Positions 59,690 to 64,000 of a DNA stretch of 64,000 bases are shown here, one piece after another (position 1 is the first letter of the stretch; the number at the start of each line of letters is the position of its first letter). The stretch lies in the NCBI RefSeq assembly GCF_009914755.1, contig NC_060942.1; one strand, 5' to 3'. The notes below the pieces were generated by a model. It saw nothing but the letters and a program-made list of their open reading frames with translations, made no database searches and was not told the origin of the DNA. The position numbers and the translations under genes were made by a program. The DNA comes from the human T2T-CHM13v2.0 reference genome, Homo sapiens.

Positions 59690-60614
59690 GACATGAGAGG
59701 AAGAGGTCTTTATAAATAACTCCTGGTTTAAATGGAGCTGAAAATAGGAAGACAAAAGAGGAAGCCAATTGCTAAGCACTTATTGAGTCAATAACATTGG
59801 CTTGGAAGCCATAGTGCAAGTGGCTGGTTTGGTTTATTTCCTTCTCATCAAAAGAGCTAACGCAGGATTGAACCTGGGGGCACCAAGACCGCATGTGTGT
59901 CCGAGGATGTGTCTGAAAGGATGTGGTGCTTCTCAGATGATGATGTCTCGACTAAGACATAACCCAGGCCTTGGGTTAGATCTCTCGGTGTCACAGAAGA
60001 ACCTGTCGGGTGGTGTGGCTTGGCTGTTAAGTCCCTGGACCTCTTGAGATCACTTTCTTCACTGGAAGGTCTAGTCACTGGGTTGGCTTCTAAGCTCTGA
60101 GATTTAGATAGCAATTCATAGCTAAGTCTTCGATATAAAACACAGGAACCAAAAGTGTGAATAAAATCTTGACTGTGCTCAAGTGTCCTGTGAAGTGTCC
60201 TGTCTCCACTCTCAATTCCATTCTCTGTAGGGTCTTCCTTCAGCTGCAACAAGGGCCTGCAGTTTGTGCTCTCTCTCGGATGACAAAATTGGGTGGAAAT
60301 GTGCTTTATTCACTTGCCGTCCCCAGGGCCCCTGATCTTGGGGTGTGGCCCAGCAGCATGCTAGCCAGGGCAGGTGGACGCACTGGGCGGATGCACCGGT
60401 GGGGGCCAGGCCAGGAGGCTCAGCACAGAGCTGACTCTGCCCCGGTTCCTAACCCTGCCTCCCTACCCCAGGATCCAAGTACAGAGCTGAACAATGGAGG
60501 GAGAGACAGCCTGAACGCCAGGACCCCACGCTGCCCGGTTCGGGGCTCCCAGTTCCACCAGGAGGGACAGCAGGAGAGGGGGCGCCGCTTGCCGGGCAGC
60601 CTGGCTGGCAGCCA
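59690..60614 (-). other. ST8SIA5: ST8SIA5 proximal 3' UTR with candidate poly(A) signals
   Basis: Follows the stop codon. Minus-strand AATAAA at 60305-60310 and 59833-59838, and variant TATAAA at 59709-59714. Confidence 0.7.
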
Positions 60615-61150
60615 TCAGCAGCAGCTGCAGGTGCCCGTGTGCACGCGGAGGATGCCTCGGCTGTGCAAGTGCAGGAAGTTGAAGATCTCAGAGGGCATGG
60701 CGTGGAAGCCGGGACGCGGCTTGACGTTGTCATAGTAGTGGTGAGTGATGTAGAGGCCCGAGGGGTTCATGGGGAAGGCCCAGAAGCCAAAGAGGTGCAC
60801 CTCCTCACAGAGCTCCAGCGCCGCAGTGACCAGAATGAGGCCGGTGCTGATGCGCTTGGCGCGCACCCCCAGGCTGAGCCAGTAGCGCGACACGTTGACC
60901 AGGTACTGCGGATGGAAGTAGTAGACAGCTTGCGGCGATTCGAAGTCGTCCAGCACGTACTTGACGCGGATGGACACGTCGGTGTTGCGCGTGTTGTAGA
61001 AGGCAGGCAGCAGCACCGACGCGTTCTCGTACACCTGCAGCACGCGATAGAACGGCCGCCGCCACTTCTCCAGCTTGTGGAACCTACACAGGGCGCGAGT
61101 GAGAGGTGAGCACCCACTCCTCCGTGCCCTCAGGCCCCTCGCTTCCCCAC
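60380..61150. other. CpG-island-like region over the ST8SIA5 terminal exon
   Basis: Dense CpGs (gcgcgca, acgcgga, cggccgccg) throughout the exon. Confidence 0.7.
60615..61083 (-). CDS. ST8SIA5: ST8SIA5 last coding exon: FHKLEKWRRPFYRVLQVYENAS...HTGTCSCC* (alpha-2,8-sialyltransferase, GT29)
   Basis: Acceptor ccctgtgtag|G (AG 61084-61085). Sialylmotif S (ISTGLILVTAALELCEEVHLFGFW), motif III (HYYD), motif VS (HAMPSE). TGA at 60615-60617. Confidence 0.96.
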
Positions 61151-61555
61151 CCTTGCACCCTGGGGCTTTGCAAAGGACGGAAGGGACTCATAAGGCCACC
61201 TGCCTCCTGACACCTCACGCACCTGTGCAGATGAAGGTGAGAACTCTCTCAGGGGCAGTTGAGTTTTTTAAGTGGGTGCAGGAGAGGGCAGTTGGGATCC
61301 AAAGGGACAGATATCCAGGGTGTGGCTGCAGGGGGCAGGGCAATGCTGAATCCAAAAGGATGAGGGTGGCCCAAGGGAGGCTCAGAAGGGAAGTGGCTGC
61401 GGGAGTGGAGGCTTGCTCTAGAGGCCTCACGCCATTCACCTGTACTGTCATCCCCAAGCTCCCCAGGGACAAACCCCAAATGCAGCTGCCTGTCTTGGCT
61501 CAGACGCTTCCTCTCCTGCAGCCTCCGTTTCTCTCTCACACACTAGTGTGTTGTT

Positions 61556-61850
61556 ATTTTTAGAGACACGGTCTTGCTCTGTCATCCAGGCTGGAGTGCA
61601 GTGGTGCAATCATAGCTCTGTGCAGCCTTGAAATCCTGGGCTCAAGCAATCCCCCCACCTTAGCCTTCTGAGTAGCTGAGACTACAGGTGTGCACCACAA
61701 CACTTGCCTATTTTTTTTTTTTAATTTTTTGTAGAGACCAGGGACTAGCTATGTTGCCTAATTTGGTCTCGAACTCCTGGCCGCAAGCCACACTCTGGCC
61801 TCAGCCTCCCAAAGTGCTGTGGTTATAGGCATGAGCCACCACACCTGGCC
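61556..61850 (-). mobile_element. AluJ in the last ST8SIA5 intron
   Basis: tttttagagacacggtcttgctctgtcatccaggctggagtgcagtgg...gagccaccacacctggcc. Confidence 0.9.
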
Positions 61851-62217
61851 CCATTTCTTTACATTAAGCAGCGTTCCCTCTTGGGCCCTCTCTGACTTTG
61901 CTGTCTCTTCCCGCCCCTTAAATAGCTGCTCCCTGGGCATCTGATCCAATTCAATGACCCCCTCCTCTCATCTCCCACTGTCCCCTCCTCTTACATGTCC
62001 TCTGACCTGGTTGGTGTGGCTACGCCCGGGGCTAGGGTTTCAACACTTCCCCTAAAACCTTCCAGATGAACCCCAGGAGGGGAGCCAGGAGGGGAGCTGA
62101 GATCTCAGTGTGAGCTTCTCCCCAGTACCTCCTGGACACAGCCAGGTAGGGAGCTGCCTGCCCTGGTCACACCCTGGAAAGCTGACCCACCCATCTCTAG
62201 GTGAAGGTAGTGTAGAC

Positions 62218-62522
62218 CAGCACCGTCCAAAAGAACTAATGCAGGCCACATATGGAATTTAACAATGTCCGAGTAAGCACATATGAAAAAATGGAAATGG
62301 GTGAAGTTTTTATATTTTCTTTAACCCACTATTTCGAAAATACTATTACTTCAACGTGTAATTAATATAACAAGTTAATTAGATATGTTATCCTGTTTTT
62401 GTATTAAGTCTTTGAAACCCAGTGTGTGTTTTACACTCACAGCCAGCACACCTCCAGACTAACAACACTTCCAGTGCCCAGTAGCCGCATGTGACTATTG
62501 GCTACCATTTTGGACAGTGCAG
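62218..62522. mobile_element. MER33-type hAT MITE
   Basis: cagcaccgtcca...gccacatatg...tagccgcatgtgactattggctaccattttggacagtgcag, followed by ctctagaa. Confidence 0.72.
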
Positions 62523-62544
62523 CTCTAGAAAGAGGGCCACTGAC

Positions 62545-62637
62545 CTCTCTGTGATGATGCTGGGGTTCACAGTGACCACATCCGTCTTCACCCCCACATC
62601 CATGGTGTACTTCTCTGAGATGGGGGGCAGGTTGCAC
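62545..62637 (-). CDS. ST8SIA5: ST8SIA5 penultimate coding exon (93 nt): (R)[30 protein letters not shown](R), C-terminal part of sialylmotif L
   Basis: Acceptor ttctcttctgcag|G and donor AG|gtcagt. RCN...DVG-x-KT is the GT29 sialylmotif L end. In frame with the last exon. Confidence 0.95.
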
Positions 62638-63151
62638 CTGCAGAAGAGAAAAGGCAGCCCAAGGTGGTTGGTCATTCAATAGGTCAGGCTGGGGAGGGTG
62701 CAGGGGGAGGGGAGGGATGGTGATCATGTGGGCAGAGGGATGCAAAGGCAACCAGCTAGGCAGGTTCTCTGTAGCCAGGTGATAAGACAGTGGTCCTTCT
62801 GCTCCTTATCAGGCACTAGGACAGCCAACAGGCCTTGCTGAAGTTCCAGACACATGGGGCAGAGAAATCACTGGTTGTAAAATGCAGTTACAAGCTTGGG
62901 TAGTCCCTGGACCTTTGGAGGATGGGATTATGGCTCTTAGAGGACAGGTGGCTGGGGAGCATCTCCTTTCCTAGGGAGCCAAGACTTCCCTGAGGAAGCA
63001 ATGCTTGAGCAGAGGTCTGAAGGAGGAATTGAGCAAATGTCCTGTGGCAGGAGAAGAGCTACATAAACATGCGATATGTTCGAAGATGCATCTTAGAAAT
63101 GCAACACATATTGCATGCAAAAGCAAGTTGCCACCATTTGTAGAAAGCCCC

Positions 63152-63635
63152 ATAGTAGGAAGAGTAATAGCCCCCAAAGGTGTCCATGTCCTAATCCCTG
63201 GAACCTGTGACTATGCAGCCTTACGTGGCAGAAGGGACTCTGCAGCTGCAATGAAGTTTAGGATCTTGAGATGGAGCCATTGCCCTGAGTTATCTGGGGG
63301 AGTCCAGTGTCATCACAAGGGTCTTTATAAGAGACGATGTGACAACCAGGGAGAGAGAAGAAAGTATGTGGCAACAGAATTGGAGTCAGAGAAAGAGACT
63401 GAAAGATACTCCACTGTGGGCTTTGCCATGAGCCAAGGAATGCAAGGAGCTTCTAGGAAATGAAAAAGGAAACAAATTCTCCCTGAGAGCCTCCAGAAAG
63501 GAATGCAGTTCTGCAGACATCTTGATTTTAGTCCAGTGAGACTTCTGACCTCCAAGACTGTAAGATAATAAAATCTGTGTTGTTTAAACCACTAATTTGG
63601 TGGTATTTTTTTATAGCAGCAATAGGAAACGAATA
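63152..63635 (+). mobile_element. MLT1D-like MaLR solo LTR within an old L1
   Basis: cccccaaaggtgtccatgtcctaatccctggaacctgtga...cctccagaaaggaatgcag...atagcagcaataggaaac. Confidence 0.82.
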
Positions 63636-64000
63636 CGGCCCTAAACAAGCATAGTTTAACAATACATTGTTCAGGGGTACATCTACATATGACAAAACAA
63701 TTTTTAACAATGAGAGAATGATTAAGTACTCAATTCAAGGTAGCGATACCTTCGGGGGGAAACGGAGGTAGAATGGGAAGGAGCACACCAGTTGATACAA
63801 AGGCACCATACAAACATTCAACTTCTTAAATCAAGTGGTTGGTCTACAAATATTCATTTTATTGTTTTGCTTCATACTTATGTGGTACAAATATTCTTCA
63901 CATCAAATACTACATAATGAATGAATAATAAATTTTGAAATAAGCAGGTGTTAGCTGGTTGAATGTGGAACTCATGAGCATTCCAGACACAGGTCCTGTG

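Noticed and set aside
60615-60629. C-terminal CSCC as a prenylation or palmitoylation motif; stop-codon read-through
   Set aside because: The GT29 catalytic domain is Golgi-luminal and ST8Sia C-terminal cysteines form disulfides. The stop context TGA-TGG is not the TGA-CTAG read-through motif.
60157-61563. Long plus-strand and alternative-frame ORFs (192, 156, 162 and 116 aa) over the ST8SIA5 last exon
   Set aside because: They are shadows of a GC-rich coding exon with few stop codons, have no recognisable domain, and mostly use non-ATG starts.
62691-62716. G-quadruplex-like G runs (also about 11320-11353)
   Set aside because: Common in human DNA, and there is no independent evidence of a role.

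Overview
Human (primate) genomic DNA, recognised from the encoded proteins as the 18q21.1 ST8SIA5-LOXHD1 locus. Both genes lie in tandem on the minus strand. The right end holds the last two coding exons of ST8SIA5 (alpha-2,8-sialyltransferase 5; 62545-62637 and 60615-61083). The middle and left hold LOXHD1 coding exons 1-4 (37459-37588, 29710-29824, 22511-22591, 20171-20355), encoding the N-terminus and first PLAT/LH2 repeat; 1-20170 appears to be intron 4. Every coding splice junction was checked by hand for GT/AG and frame. The rest is intron, UTR or intergenic DNA rich in Alu, L1, L2, MIR, MER and LTR relics, and almost all ORFs in the track are spurious. I cannot support a wholly new gene system. 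The best leads are: a probable ~12 kb alternative ST8SIA5 3' UTR with dsRNA elements (a 52-bp-arm hairpin hiding an AAUAAA, and an inverted Alu pair); RFX, CTCF and ETS motifs around LOXHD1; and LOXHD1 splice architecture. Repeat subfamily names come from recall of consensus sequences, not a RepeatMasker run.
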